DNA of 61,922 nucleotides from an uncultured Eggerthellaceae bacterium (GCA_934631995.1 CAKTYF010000001.1:1-61922); one strand, 5' to 3'. Shown: positions 44,266 to 54,727, numbered from the stretch's first letter. Numbers and translations: made by a program. The notes: generated by a model not told the origin, from the letters alone.

Positions 44266-46608
44266 CTATTCTTTTCTGGCAAACGGAATCTTGAAACCTG
44301 GTTTGTCGATTGTATCTGCGCTTTCAGGCAAGGGCGGGGCGTAGGAGGACAAATCCTTTATGAGCTGGTTTAGCTTGTCGATTCTTACGGAGCTGTTTGC
44401 AAAGGTGACGCCGAACAGGCCGAATCTAAGGGATTGCTCTTTGCCTTCAAGGTACTCAACGTTATCGTACGGAACAAGCTTCTTCCTTGCTCCATTCACT
44501 ATTGGAACAATGCCGTGAACTGTGAAAATTAGATCAGTGCCGCCTTTCTTCTCAAGGTCGTCCAGGATGGCAAGTGTGCCGGCTATTAGTCCGTTCTCGT
44601 TCGACAACTTCTCGTTTGCTCGGAAATATCGTTCTTTTTTGGGGCTTTCACTCGTAAAGAAATCCACGTACGCAATCGATTGAACCGTTGTGGGGATAGC
44701 CTCTCTAATGAGCTCCATCATCTTCTGCTCACTCGATGTATCAGGGGATTTTACGATCGTCTCATCTCCAAGCAAGTCCACCGAAAAACGGCGGCAGGCA
44801 ATGGTTTCAACAACTTGGTCCCTTGTTGATTCGTAAAGCTCCGAAGGGCTGCTGAGTTCGTTTGCGGAGCAGAAGTCTTCAAGCGACTCTTCCATTATTG
44901 CGAGATCTTGCATCTCGGTACGAGATTGAACGTACTTGTCGTCTTCTTTTGTGAGGGCTGTGAAGAAGTTGGCGGTGTAATTGCCCATTTTCATATCCAG
45001 AAGGCGCTCTATATCCAGGTAGTTAAGCTGGCCCTGGTCGGCCTTTATCGCGAAATCGTTGATGTTCTTTCCGTTTGCTTTAAGGGCCTTTTCGATTTCG
45101 AAAGCCGCGGATTCCTTTGCGGATTCGCTCATGAAGCAAAAGCCGCAGCTTACTTCGAAGAGTTCGTTCATGAGGTCGATGATTCCATAGGGGATGTTTG
45201 CCTCCGCAACACGCTCCAGATATTCGTCTGCGGCTCTTGTGCTGGCGAAAAGCCTTTGGGTGTCATGTTTGCGGGATTGCACTGCCTCTTTCGAAGGCAG
45301 AAAGTAAGCATCGGGATACTCGTGCCGCACATCGGGCACGGGAATCAATTTGCCAAATTTGATAAGGTATTTCTCAAGAAGGGCTCTGATGACCAGATGG
45401 CATTTCTCGGTGAGGATGCCCTTTTGGGTCTCGAAGAAGCACGTTGCGGCGTTGTCTGCCGATTCTGATTGATTGGCGGGCAGGGGGAGCAGGTATTGGG
45501 AGCCAACCTGATTTGCCAGCGTTTCGTAGCGGTGGATGTAGTCGGCCGAGTTTGATTCGCTTGCCTTCCCAACGTAGATGCTGCTTAGCAGTTGGGCGTT
45601 CATGACGGTGTTGTACTGCTCGTTTACCAGCTGTCGTAGAAGATTTGCGGCCCGATTGAAATCGTTCATCTTGAGATAGGCAACAGAGGCAAGCTGAAGC
45701 ACATCATTGGCGCGCCCCGAGTATCTTACCGCCTCTTCAAGCAGCTTGCCAATATATTCGCAATCGTTATCGAAGTCTAGAAGATCAACAAGCTCCAGCG
45801 CGCATGCAGCGGCGATGGGGTCTTCGCGAAGGAGCGCATGGCTATTCGATTTTCGGTACTGTTCGAAGTGGCTTTTCGCAAGCGCAAGGTACACCTGCCT
45901 GGACTCATCGCTTAAATCCAGGGCCGATCGGGCAATCGAGTTGGCAGTGTTACCGAAGTTGTACCAGAAGGGAGGATACGCCGCGAACTCATCCTTGATG
46001 GTGTCAAGGCGGTCGTACTTTCGCAAAAGATCCCCGTCCATAAGAATGTTGTCGTATTGGGTTATCTGACGCTCGGTGAGTCGCAGCCTATCAGGGAAGT
46101 TGTAAGTTTCGGATAAGCGCCAGGCGGTATCGAAGAGCTCTCTTCTTAGTCCGTTGAATTGCTCAATAGCAGTGCGCTCAAGTTCCCAACGCTCCTTGTC
46201 GCGCTGAAGATTTGCTTCCGACTTCACCCTTCGGTAGTTCATATAGCCAATGCCAACTTGGGAGGCAAGCGAGACGGCCATTGTGACAGGGTTGCCGCCC
46301 GCAACAAGAAGCCCCACATTGGGAACAGCGGACCAGATGGCGTTTTTCATCTTTTGCTGGTATTCTCTTTCCACGAACTGTTTGTCAACCTCGTTGATTC
46401 TGAAGAACGTGATGGTATCCAGGATTTGCTTTAGGATGTTGAGAAGCGCCTCATCTTTGGGCATTTGCTCAAGGTTCAGGTTGTTGAGAATTGCCTCGTA
46501 TTCCTGCTCCATGACGTTGATGTCATCGTAATCTATGATTTGGGACACCGACACGGTACAAAGATTCAATGCGCATGCGGCCTTCAGCTGTTCTTGTGTG
46601 TACTCCAT
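44266..46608 (-). CDS. 780-aa hypothetical protein with no recognisable family; partner of the EEP nuclease
   Basis: Long uninterrupted ORF with plausible composition. Its start overlaps the upstream gene by 25 nt. It has a hydrophobic Gly-rich segment (~aa 95-125) and a helical repeat-like middle region. Confidence 0.7.
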   Translation of the reverse strand: MEYTQEQLKAACALNLCTVSVSQIIDYDDINVMEQEYEAILNNLNLEQMPKDEALLNILKQILDTITFFRINEVDKQFVEREYQQKMKNAIWSAVPNVGLLVAGGNPVTMAVSLASQVGIGYMNYRRVKSEANLQRDKERWELERTAIEQFNGLRRELFDTAWRLSETYNFPDRLRLTERQITQYDNILMDGDLLRKYDRLDTIKDEFAAYPPFWYNFGNTANSIARSALDLSDESRQVYLALAKSHFEQYRKSNSHALLREDPIAAACALELVDLLDFDNDCEYIGKLLEEAVRYSGRANDVLQLASVAYLKMNDFNRAANLLRQLVNEQYNTVMNAQLLSSIYVGKASESNSADYIHRYETLANQVGSQYLLPLPANQSESADNAATCFFETQKGILTEKCHLVIRALLEKYLIKFGKLIPVPDVRHEYPDAYFLPSKEAVQSRKHDTQRLFASTRAADEYLERVAEANIPYGIIDLMNELFEVSCGFCFMSESAKESAAFEIEKALKANGKNINDFAIKADQGQLNYLDIERLLDMKMGNYTANFFTALTKEDDKYVQSRTEMQDLAIMEESLEDFCSANELSSPSELYESTRDQVVETIACRRFSVDLLGDETIVKSPDTSSEQKMMELIREAIPTTVQSIAYVDFFTSESPKKERYFRANEKLSNENGLIAGTLAILDDLEKKGGTDLIFTVHGIVPIVNGARKKLVPYDNVEYLEGKEQSLRFGLFGVTFANSSVRIDKLNQLIKDLSSYAPPLPESADTIDKPGFKIPFARKE

Positions 46609-47615
46609 GAGAGGCTCCTTATTCCTGATTTAAGCTCCACGACTAGCTTGATTGGGACGTGGTCCGATACTTCCTTGCGATATTGTTCCAGTGCCTCGCG
46701 CGTGCTGGCAAGTGGTTCAACGCGTGCGGCTAAAAACGAAATGCCCTGGTTGGTTTCGTAATCGCTGTCATATGAGAAGTGGTCGTAGTTTTGCGAGTAG
46801 ATATCTGTGCCCGATTCGTCCATGGTATCGCTGTCGTGCTCCTCGTTAAGATTCTGGTAGGAGTACGATTCTTGCACTTGCTTCAAGGACGTCTTGTCGC
46901 GCTGAACGGTTCGTAATGTTCTGTTTTCGGCGAAGTAAGTGAACTCGGGGACGTTCATGCCGGATTCCCCTGCAAGGCAAAGGTTATAGTCTCCCATTAG
47001 GACGGTGTACGAGGACATGTTGGTCCCATAACGCTTCATTGAGACTTTGCGGTATATCTCTTTCGCTAAAGTTTCGAACTCCATTAACCTGAGTTCTTTC
47101 TGTCCGTATTTATCGGCGCAGATAGAGGGCGAGTTGAAGGCGATATGGGTGTTAATCAGCCGAAGTTCGAAGGGCGCACCGCCGGGCAATCCCGATGGGG
47201 TGAGCCTTACCACCATGGGCGGGCGAACAAGCGAGCCCTTGTGGATAAATGCGCCAGTGCTATCCCTGCTGATCGAGTATCCGTCCATTCTTTGGACGCT
47301 GCTTGGGGCTGTGTCTCCTTCGGGTCCCTTCACGAGTCTTAGTCGCTTGTTGTTCCAGATGAAGGCGTAGCCTTCGAGCTGCGCGGAAGAATTGCCGAGT
47401 GTCTTGTTTGTCTCCCGATATTCAGCGTCCCAGGAAGGGCCAAGATAGCCGCGAATCCGCTTCAAAGCAGACTCCGAACAGACTTCTTGGATGGCGATAG
47501 CATCGAATTTTTCATCTTTGATGATTTGGGCAATGCGCGCGAAGTTCTTTTTCGTCTCTTCAGTTGAGTCGTAGTTCAGCTTCTGAATGTTGAAAGACCC
47601 TATGACATAACTCAT
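46584..47615 (-). CDS. Endonuclease/exonuclease/phosphatase (DNase I-fold) family protein, no signal peptide
   Basis: EEP motifs in order: SFNIQ, AIQEV, INTHI, GDYN, YDHF, SDHVPI. The ATG at 47615 lies 5 nt after ggtgg. Confidence 0.8.
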   Translation of the reverse strand: MSYVIGSFNIQKLNYDSTEETKKNFARIAQIIKDEKFDAIAIQEVCSESALKRIRGYLGPSWDAEYRETNKTLGNSSAQLEGYAFIWNNKRLRLVKGPEGDTAPSSVQRMDGYSISRDSTGAFIHKGSLVRPPMVVRLTPSGLPGGAPFELRLINTHIAFNSPSICADKYGQKELRLMEFETLAKEIYRKVSMKRYGTNMSSYTVLMGDYNLCLAGESGMNVPEFTYFAENRTLRTVQRDKTSLKQVQESYSYQNLNEEHDSDTMDESGTDIYSQNYDHFSYDSDYETNQGISFLAARVEPLASTREALEQYRKEVSDHVPIKLVVELKSGIRSLSWSTHKNS

Positions 47616-47666
47616 TCGAACCACCGCTTATGAGATGCTATTCGTATTGTAATTGGTTTTACATAC

Positions 47667-47696
47667 ATGATATGCGTAGAATCTGCTAGCAAGCAA
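47667..47696 (-). promoter_or_regulatory. Putative sigma-70-type promoter of the EEP operon
   Basis: TTGCTT-18 nt-TATCAT on the minus strand, ~50 nt upstream of the ATG. It is preceded by a hairpin just after the upstream stop codon. Confidence 0.35.
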
Positions 47697-47708
47697 GGAG
47701 CCCTGCTG

Positions 47709-48158
47709 CTAGTTCTTCCTTTTCTTGCTCTTTTCGTCATCGTCGCTGCATGCGCTGAACAACCAAATGTATCCTGCGCCCATCATGAGCATGAGGCCGA
47801 GGACCGACATTGCGTAGAAGCTTGAGTCCGGGTTTCCGGACGCTTCGCCCAGAAAGTTTCCAAAGACCGCCATGACGATGCCTGCCACCACCAAGGCCAG
47901 TGATATTTTGACTTTTAGGCGTTTGGAGGCCTTTTCGTCTTCTCTTTTGGCGGCTTCCATTTCAAGCTCTTTCAAACGGATGAGGCGCTCGGTCTCTGAT
48001 CGCTTGACATCGGCTTCATCAATGCGACGGTATATGCGTTCGTTTTCGTTTTGCAGAACGATTTTTGCCCCGCAATATTGGCAAAACAGCTGGTCGCGAC
48101 CTTCTTCTATGCTAAGCGACGCGGAGCATTCGGGGCATTTCAGCGAAATCACCTTCAT
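47709..48158 (-). CDS. Zinc-ribbon / coiled-coil / 2-TM membrane protein
   Basis: 149 aa from the internal ATG (ATGA overlap with the upstream stop). It has CPEC...CQYCG, a charged helix, and two hydrophobic helices. Confidence 0.7.
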   Translation of the reverse strand: MKVISLKCPECSASLSIEEGRDQLFCQYCGAKIVLQNENERIYRRIDEADVKRSETERLIRLKELEMEAAKREDEKASKRLKVKISLALVVAGIVMAVFGNFLGEASGNPDSSFYAMSVLGLMLMMGAGYIWLFSACSDDDEKSKKRKN

Positions 48159-48613
48159 TGGGCGGCCTCGGGATGAGCGGCTAACCAAGCTTCGTTGCAG
48201 TCGGGACAAAGGCTTGCGTCGGGATTGTCCAGCAACCTGCCGCACTCGCGACAAGTGCCCACCAGATTTTCTTCGGTTACGTTGTTCTCGAATCCGCATT
48301 CCGTGCAAGTCCAATGCTCAGCGTCTGCGGCGAACCCTTCCTGGACGTTCAGGAAACACCCGCATTGGTCGCAGAACCAGAACACGTAGCCGTCTAGAAA
48401 CTCTTTTTCCGGAAGCAAGAAGTCGCCGGACTTGCATTCCCATGCTTCCGTTGTTTTGTTGAAACGCATCTCTTCTCCGCACAAGGGGCACTCCATCCAA
48501 CGTTTGACGTTCTTGATGAAGAAATAGCTGATTTGATCGGATATGCGTGTGGGATCAGGTGTTTTGTTCAGTATGCTTCCGATGCTCGCTGGTGCTGCGA
48601 GTTCATTGTCCAT
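48155..48613 (-). CDS. Multi-zinc-ribbon protein
   Basis: 152 aa with five CxxC pairs (CPLCG, CDQCG, CTECG, CRECG, CPDC). It overlaps the merR-like stop by 11 nt. Confidence 0.7.
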   Translation of the reverse strand: MDNELAAPASIGSILNKTPDPTRISDQISYFFIKNVKRWMECPLCGEEMRFNKTTEAWECKSGDFLLPEKEFLDGYVFWFCDQCGCFLNVQEGFAADAEHWTCTECGFENNVTEENLVGTCRECGRLLDNPDASLCPDCNEAWLAAHPEAAQ

Positions 48614-49388
48614 TCTGTGTCTCCTTGGATTCCTTGCACCAGGTATGTACAGCCTTAACTACGTGCTCTTTCGAGCCGTTGCCGCACATTTCTTCAAATG
48701 CGTTGGAAGTGTCGTTCTGCGATACAAGGCCGCTTACGAAATCAGCGAACATCTCGCGATATTCAGCTTCTTCAATTTCGGCCTCCGATTCCTTGTCGAA
48801 GGAGGAAATCATGCTCTGAAAATGATCGAAACATTCCGAAATAGCGTTGCTGGTGGCGTCTTCGTCGTTTCGTTGCGTAACAAGACCAACGACTATCAGG
48901 CTGTACCAGAACAGCATGAACATCTCCATCTCGTACGCATCGAGCTCGCTATCGAGTTTTGAAGCCTCTGATACAAGGGAGCCAAAGCATGCGGAGAAAT
49001 CTCGTTGTCCGTAAGCTACTAGGGAATCAATTTCCTGCAAGGCTGCGCGGGCTGAGTCCGATAGTTGACTTTCGATTTTGAAGAGCCTGATGGTCCGTAT
49101 GATGCCTTCGATATGCCGTTGCTCTTCGCGCAGGGCGGATACGAGCAAGTCATATTCGTTCGCAAGGTTGATGACAGGGGCGTCCAGAAGCTCCTTGACG
49201 TGTTCACGCGTATATCCCGCTTCGGTGAAGATCTTGATGACGATGAGCTTTTTAATGGCTTCGTCATCGTAGAGCCAGTAGCCAGCCTCGGTCTTCGCAG
49301 TTGGTGACAGAAGCCCCATTTGATCGTATCCCTGAAGTGCGCGCCGGGAAAGACCCGTGATCTTGCACACCTCGCTGAGCTTCTTCAT
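48603..49388 (-). CDS. MerR-family transcriptional regulator
   Basis: N-terminal HTH MKKLSEVCKITGLSRRALQGYDQMGLL. RBS aaggagg. Confidence 0.85.
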   Translation of the reverse strand: MKKLSEVCKITGLSRRALQGYDQMGLLSPTAKTEAGYWLYDDEAIKKLIVIKIFTEAGYTREHVKELLDAPVINLANEYDLLVSALREEQRHIEGIIRTIRLFKIESQLSDSARAALQEIDSLVAYGQRDFSACFGSLVSEASKLDSELDAYEMEMFMLFWYSLIVVGLVTQRNDEDATSNAISECFDHFQSMISSFDKESEAEIEEAEYREMFADFVSGLVSQNDTSNAFEEMCGNGSKEHVVKAVHTWCKESKETQNGQ

Positions 49389-49630
49389 TTCCTGCCTCCT
49401 TCATTACACATATCATAAATCTGCACACAACGTGCAAGTCAATACTATTTTCTCATGTATGGTTGCTGTGGGAAGGAAATCAGGGGAGGCGCCGTTTTGC
49501 CTTGGGCTTCTGCGACCTCCTTTTTCTTTTCCCGCAAAACAAAACGCTTGCTATTCGAGAAAAATGTGATAAAGTATCAAGGCTTATGTCTAGCTTTGGT
49601 CGGAAACCAAGGCATTAAGGAGAACCAAAA

Positions 49631-50047
49631 ATGAAGCAAGGAATTCATCCGGATTACGTGGAGTGCACCGTTCGCTGCACCTGCGGAAACACGTTCGTCA
49701 CCCGTTCTACCAAGCCTGAACTCAGGGTTGATATCTGCAGTGCCTGCCATCCGTTCTTCACGGGTACGCAGAAGCTGATCGACACTGGTGGACGCGTCCA
49801 GCGCTTTGCCGACAAGTTCGGTTCTGCAAAGGATATGGTTGCTCAGCGTGAGGCCGCAAAGAAGGCAGAGAAGGCTGCAAAGGCTGCTGAACTTGAGGCT
49901 GCAAAGAAGGCCGAGCGCGAGGCTAAGGCTGCTGCTAAGGCAGAGCGTGCTGCTGCTTACGCTGCTAAGGCTGCCGAGCAGGCTGTTGCTGAAGAAGCTG
50001 CTCCTGCTGAAGAGGCTGCACCGGCAGAGGAAGTTGCTGCCGAGTAA
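49631..50047 (+). CDS. rpmE: 50S ribosomal protein L31 (type A) with a ~65-aa Ala/Glu/Lys-rich C-terminal extension
   Basis: MKQGIHPDY...CTCGN...[10 protein letters not shown] core, followed by the tail [20 protein letters not shown]... Confidence 0.85.
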   Translation: MKQGIHPDYVECTVRCTCGNTFVTRSTKPELRVDICSACHPFFTGTQKLIDTGGRVQRFADKFGSAKDMVAQREAAKKAEKAAKAAELEAAKKAEREAKAAAKAERAAAYAAKAAEQAVAEEAAPAEEAAPAEEVAAE

Positions 50048-50073
50048 ATCTCGACAGACAATCTTGCATCTGG

Positions 50074-50112
50074 AATCGCCCTTGGGTTTGCGCCCGAGGG
50101 CGATTTTCTTTC
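50074..50112 (+). terminator. Rho-independent terminator after rpmE
   Basis: 13-bp stem aatcgcccttggg / cccgagggcgatt followed by a T-rich tail. Confidence 0.75.
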
Positions 50113-50351
50113 TAGGGGGGCGGTGACGCGGTGGCGTCTGTGGGTTGAGGCGGCTGCGTCTGCGCGTGGGTGGGGTCCGTCCGCACCAGTGCGTCTAGAA
50201 TCGAAGCGGCTGCGCGTGGGTGCGCGCGTGGTCCGCTGCCTTCGCGTGCGCAGGTTGCTTTCGTTGCGTCAGGAGCGCTCGCAGCCCGTCCTTCGCCTCC
50301 CTCTCAAATGTGCAGAAAATGGGGATATAGACACGCCCGGACACGTGGCGT

Positions 50352-50380
50352 TTGACAAGCTGCATTTTATCCTTTAAATT
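50352..50380 (+). promoter_or_regulatory. Putative sigma-70 promoter of the rpsL operon
   Basis: TTGACA-17 nt-TAAATT, ~240 nt upstream of rpsL. Confidence 0.5.
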
Positions 50381-50622
50381 GCATCCTCGCGTCTTTATGA
50401 GAAGACGTTGCTTCGCGTGCGCAACAGCTGAGCGCACCCGAAAAAATGCCCTGGCGCGAAAATCTCACGAAGCGCAAAAGGGCAGGTAGGGAGCTCGTTT
50501 TCGCCTAACTCACGAGGGCGAAAAGACACAGCTCGAAATTATTGGCAGGGCTTCAGGATGAAGTCCCTAAAGGTTGAGCGGCTTGAAATCAAGCTGCTGG
50601 GTGAAAAAGAAGGAGAATCGCT

Positions 50623-50994
50623 TTGCCTACTATCAACCAACTGGTCCGTAAAGGACGCCAGAAGACGGTCGACAAGAAGAAGACCCCGGCACTGAAGGGT
50701 AACCCGCAGAAGCGTGGCGTGTGCACTCGTGTTTACACCACCACCCCTAAGAAGCCGAACTCCGCTCTTCGTAAGGTTTGCCGTGTACGTCTGGTAAACG
50801 GAATGGAAGTAACGGCCTATATCCCCGGTATTGGCCACAACCTGCAGGAGCACAGCATGGTGCTTATCCGCGGCGGTCGTGTAAAGGACCTTCCTGGTGT
50901 TCGTTACAAGGTCATCCGCGCAGCTTTGGACTGCAACGCAGTTGATAAGCGTCGTCAGGCTCGCAGCCGTTATGGAGCTAAGCGCCCCAAATAA
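50623..50994 (+). CDS. rpsL: 30S ribosomal protein S12
   Basis: [12 protein letters not shown]... TTG start after aggaga. Confidence 0.95.
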   Translation: MPTINQLVRKGRQKTVDKKKTPALKGNPQKRGVCTRVYTTTPKKPNSALRKVCRVRLVNGMEVTAYIPGIGHNLQEHSMVLIRGGRVKDLPGVRYKVIRAALDCNAVDKRRQARSRYGAKRPK

Positions 50995-51099
50995 TGAAGT
51001 AAGTCGCGCGGGTCGCGTTACAACAGGGAGTCAAAGGATTCCAGCGGCCTAATGGATGCGAAAAACATCCCGAAGCGCGCATGAGAGAAAGGTATTACT

Positions 51100-51570
51100 A
51101 TGCCGCGTCGTGCAGCAGCTGTCCGTCGTGAAACCACGCCGGACGCAAAGTACAACAACCGTCTTGTTTCCCAGCTGATCAACAAGGTTATGCTTGATGG
51201 CAAGAAGTCCCTTGCCGAGCGCATTGTGTATGGCGCTTTCGATCGCGTTGAGGAAAAGACTGGCGAAGACGTTCTGACCGTGTTCAAGAAGGCCATGGAC
51301 AACATTCGCCCCACCTTGGAAGTAAAGCCGAAGCGTGTTGGTGGCGCTACTTACCAGGTGCCTATGGAGGTCAACTCCCGTCGTTCTACTCAGCTGGCTA
51401 TCCGCTGGTTGGTGGACTACTCCCGCAAGCGTAAAGAGCACACCATGATCGAGCGCCTGGCCGCAGAAATCATGGATGCAGCCAACAACACCGGTGCCGC
51501 CGTGAAGAAGCGCGAAGACACCTACAAGATGGCTGAATCCAACCGTGCATTCTCCCACTATCGTTTCTAA
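51100..51570 (+). CDS. rpsG: 30S ribosomal protein S7
   Basis: [11 protein letters not shown]...GGATYQVP. Confidence 0.95.
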   Translation: MPRRAAAVRRETTPDAKYNNRLVSQLINKVMLDGKKSLAERIVYGAFDRVEEKTGEDVLTVFKKAMDNIRPTLEVKPKRVGGATYQVPMEVNSRRSTQLAIRWLVDYSRKRKEHTMIERLAAEIMDAANNTGAAVKKREDTYKMAESNRAFSHYRF

Positions 51571-51585
51571 GGCGAGTGACTTAAC

Positions 51586-53706
51586 ATGGCAAAGACTACG
51601 CTTGAAGATACTCGTAATATTGGCATCATGGCCCACATCGATGCCGGCAAGACCACTACGACTGAACGCATCCTGTACTACACAGGCAAGACCCACAAGG
51701 TCGGCGAAGTTCATGATGGCGCTGCTACCATGGACTGGATGGTTCAGGAGCAGGAGCGCGGCGTAACCATTACTTCCGCTGCTACTACCTGCTTTTGGAA
51801 GTACCCGGGTGGTGCCGCAGACGGTAAGACCTACCGCTTCCAGATCATCGACACCCCGGGCCACGTTGACTTCACCGCTGAAGTAGAGCGCTCGCTGCGC
51901 GTTCTTGACGGTGCTGTTGCCGTGTTCGACGCCGTTGCTGGCGTTCAGCCTCAGTCTGAGACCGTTTGGCGTCAGGCCGAGCGCTATGGCGTTCCTCGCA
52001 TCGCCTTCATCAACAAGTACGACCGCGTGGGCGCTGACTACTTCCACGCGATTCAGACCATGAAGGATCGCTTGGGCGCTAACGCTGTTGCAGCTCAGAT
52101 CCCCATGGGCGCCGAGGACAACTTCTGGGGCGTTATCGACCTGGTTACCAAGACCGCTTGGGACTTCAAGGCCGACGACAAGGGCATGACCTACCCCGAG
52201 CCTATGGACGAGATTCCCGCTGAGTTCGTTGACTTGGTTGACGAGAAGTACCAGGAACTTCTGGATGCTGCCGCCGACTGCGACGACGACTTGATGGAGA
52301 AAGTCCTGATGGAAGAAGACGTTACCGTCGAGGAAATTAAGGCTGCTATCCGCAAGGGCGTTATTGCATGCAAGCTCAACCCTGTTTTCGTGGGCTCCGC
52401 TTACAAGAACAAGGGTGTTCAGGAAATGCTCGACGCTGTTGTTGACTACATGCCTTCTCCGGTTGACGTTCCCCCCATCAAGGGTACGAACCCTGAGACG
52501 GGCGAAGAGGACGAGCGTCCTTCCGACCCCAAGGCACCGTTTGCTGCTTTGGCATTCAAGATCATGACCGACCCGTATGTGGGCAAACTGACCTACCTGC
52601 GTGTGTACTCTGGTTCGCTGGATTCCGGCAGCTACGTGATCAACGCCACCAAGGGCGGCAAGAAAGAGCGCATCGGCCGTCTGCTGCAGATGCACTCCAA
52701 CCAGCGTATCGACATCGACCACTGCTCCGCGGGCGACATCGTTGCCGTTGTTGGCTTGAAGGATACCGGCACGGGTGACACGCTGTGCAGCGAGGGTGCA
52801 CCTATCATTCTTGAGTCCATGCAGTTCGCTGACCCGGTTATCGACATTGCTGTTGAGCCCAAGACCAAGGCTGAGCAGGCCAAGATGGACATCGCCTTGC
52901 AGAAGCTCGCAGAAGAAGACCCGACGTTCCGCGTGACCACCAACCATGAGACCGGTCAGACCATCATCGCCGGCATGGGCGAGTTGCACCTGGAAATCAT
53001 CATTGACCGTCTGCTGCGCGAGTTCAAGGTTGAGGCTAACGTTGGTAAACCCCAGGTTGCTTACCGCGAATCTGCCACGAAGCCCGTTATGGGTGCCGAG
53101 GGCAAGTTCGTTCGTCAGTCTGGTGGTCGTGGTCAGTACGGTCATGCTGTTATCAACATGTACCCGACCGAGCCGGGCGAGGGCTACTCCTTCGAGAACA
53201 AGATCGTTGGCGGCGTGGTTCCCAAGGAATACATTCCTTCCATCGACAAGGGTATTCAGGAGGCTTTGAACTCCGGCGTTTTGGCTGGTTACCCGGTTGA
53301 AGATGTTCGCGTTGAGCTGATTGACGGTTCTTACCACGAAGTTGACTCTTCTGAAGCAGCGTTCAAGATCGCTGGTTCCATGGCTATCAAGGATGCTTTG
53401 AAGAAGGGCGCTCCCGTGATCTTGGAGCCGATGATGGCGGTTGAAGTTGAGACTCCTGAAGAGTACATCGGCTTCGTTATGGGCGACATCCCCTCGCGTC
53501 GTGGCCTGATTCAGGGCCAGGACAAGCGTGGCAACGCCGCTATTGTTTCCGCGAAGGTTCCGCTGAGCAACATGTTCGGTTACGCAACTGATCTTCGTTC
53601 CGGTACGCAGGGTCGTGCTTCCTACACCATGCAGTTCGACTCTTACGAGGCCGTTCCGAAGAACATTCAGGAAGAAATCATCAGCAAGGCTGGTGCGAAC
53701 GCGTAA
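51586..53706 (+). CDS. fusA: Elongation factor G
   Basis: 706 aa with [17 protein letters not shown] and NKYD motifs. Confidence 0.95.
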   Translation: MAKTTLEDTRNIGIMAHIDAGKTTTTERILYYTGKTHKVGEVHDGAATMDWMVQEQERGVTITSAATTCFWKYPGGAADGKTYRFQIIDTPGHVDFTAEVERSLRVLDGAVAVFDAVAGVQPQSETVWRQAERYGVPRIAFINKYDRVGADYFHAIQTMKDRLGANAVAAQIPMGAEDNFWGVIDLVTKTAWDFKADDKGMTYPEPMDEIPAEFVDLVDEKYQELLDAAADCDDDLMEKVLMEEDVTVEEIKAAIRKGVIACKLNPVFVGSAYKNKGVQEMLDAVVDYMPSPVDVPPIKGTNPETGEEDERPSDPKAPFAALAFKIMTDPYVGKLTYLRVYSGSLDSGSYVINATKGGKKERIGRLLQMHSNQRIDIDHCSAGDIVAVVGLKDTGTGDTLCSEGAPIILESMQFADPVIDIAVEPKTKAEQAKMDIALQKLAEEDPTFRVTTNHETGQTIIAGMGELHLEIIIDRLLREFKVEANVGKPQVAYRESATKPVMGAEGKFVRQSGGRGQYGHAVINMYPTEPGEGYSFENKIVGGVVPKEYIPSIDKGIQEALNSGVLAGYPVEDVRVELIDGSYHEVDSSEAAFKIAGSMAIKDALKKGAPVILEPMMAVEVETPEEYIGFVMGDIPSRRGLIQGQDKRGNAAIVSAKVPLSNMFGYATDLRSGTQGRASYTMQFDSYEAVPKNIQEEIISKAGANA

Positions 53707-53739
53707 GGCGTTTGCCCACTATAATTGGAGGTAAGGTAA

Positions 53740-54048
53740 GTGGCTAATCAAAAGATTCGCATCCGCCTTAAGGGCTACGATCATGAGATTGTGGATCAGT
53801 CCACCAAGCTCATTGTCGATACCGCTCAGAAGACGGGCGCAAAGGTTTCCGGTCCTATTCCCCTGCCCACGGAGCGCAATATGTATTGCGTTATCCGTTC
53901 CCCGCATGTGAACAAGGACTCTCGTGAGCAGTTCGAGATGCGCACTCACAAGCGTCTCATTGACATTCTGGAGCCCACCAGCAACACGGTTGACTCTCTG
54001 ATGCGTCTCGATCTTCCGGCTGGCGTTGACATTGAGATCAAGCTGTAG
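53740..54048 (+). CDS. rpsJ: 30S ribosomal protein S10
   Basis: [11 protein letters not shown]...[16 protein letters not shown] start. Confidence 0.95.
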   Translation: MANQKIRIRLKGYDHEIVDQSTKLIVDTAQKTGAKVSGPIPLPTERNMYCVIRSPHVNKDSREQFEMRTHKRLIDILEPTSNTVDSLMRLDLPAGVDIEIKL

Positions 54049-54059
54049 GGGGTGCTGAT

Positions 54060-54698
54060 ATGATTAACACGATTTATGGTAAGAAGATCGGCATGACCCA
54101 GATCTGGGATGAGAACGACAACCTGGTCCCTGTCACCGTTATCCAGGCTGAGCCTAACAAGGTTTGCCAGGTGAAGACCACCGCTACCGATGGCTACGAA
54201 GCAGTTCAGCTGGGCTTTGGCGCAGTTCGCTACTTCAAGCAGTCCGGTGCTCCCCGCCTGAACAAGCCCATGGCTGGCCATTTCGCCAAGCAGGGTGCCG
54301 AGCCTGCTCGCTACCTGCGTGAGGTTCGCGTTGAGAACGCTGCCGACTACAAAATCGGCGATGCTGTGACTGTTGCTGCTTTCGCTGATGCGAAGAAGGT
54401 TGACGTTCAGGGTACGTCCAAGGGCAAGGGCTTCGCTGGCGTTATGAAGCGCTACGGCTTTGCTGGCGGTCCTGGTGGACACGGTGCACACTTCCATCGC
54501 GCTCCCGGTTCTATCGGTCAGTGCGCAACGCCGTCCCGCGTTTTCAAGGGCGTTCGCCTTCCGGGTCACATGGGTTGTGACACCGTTACGGTGAAGAACC
54601 TGAAGGTTGTGCGCGTTGACGAAGAGCAGAATCTGATTCTGGTCAAGGGCGCCATTCCTGGTGGCAAAGACGGCATTGTCCGTGTCCGTATGGCTTAA
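54060..54698 (+). CDS. rplC: 50S ribosomal protein L3
   Basis: GKKIGMTQIW...GTSKGKGFAGVMKR. Confidence 0.95.
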   Translation: MINTIYGKKIGMTQIWDENDNLVPVTVIQAEPNKVCQVKTTATDGYEAVQLGFGAVRYFKQSGAPRLNKPMAGHFAKQGAEPARYLREVRVENAADYKIGDAVTVAAFADAKKVDVQGTSKGKGFAGVMKRYGFAGGPGGHGAHFHRAPGSIGQCATPSRVFKGVRLPGHMGCDTVTVKNLKVVRVDEEQNLILVKGAIPGGKDGIVRVRMA

Positions 54699-54727
54699 TT
54701 TTCGAGCAAGTTGAGGAGCTATTGAAT

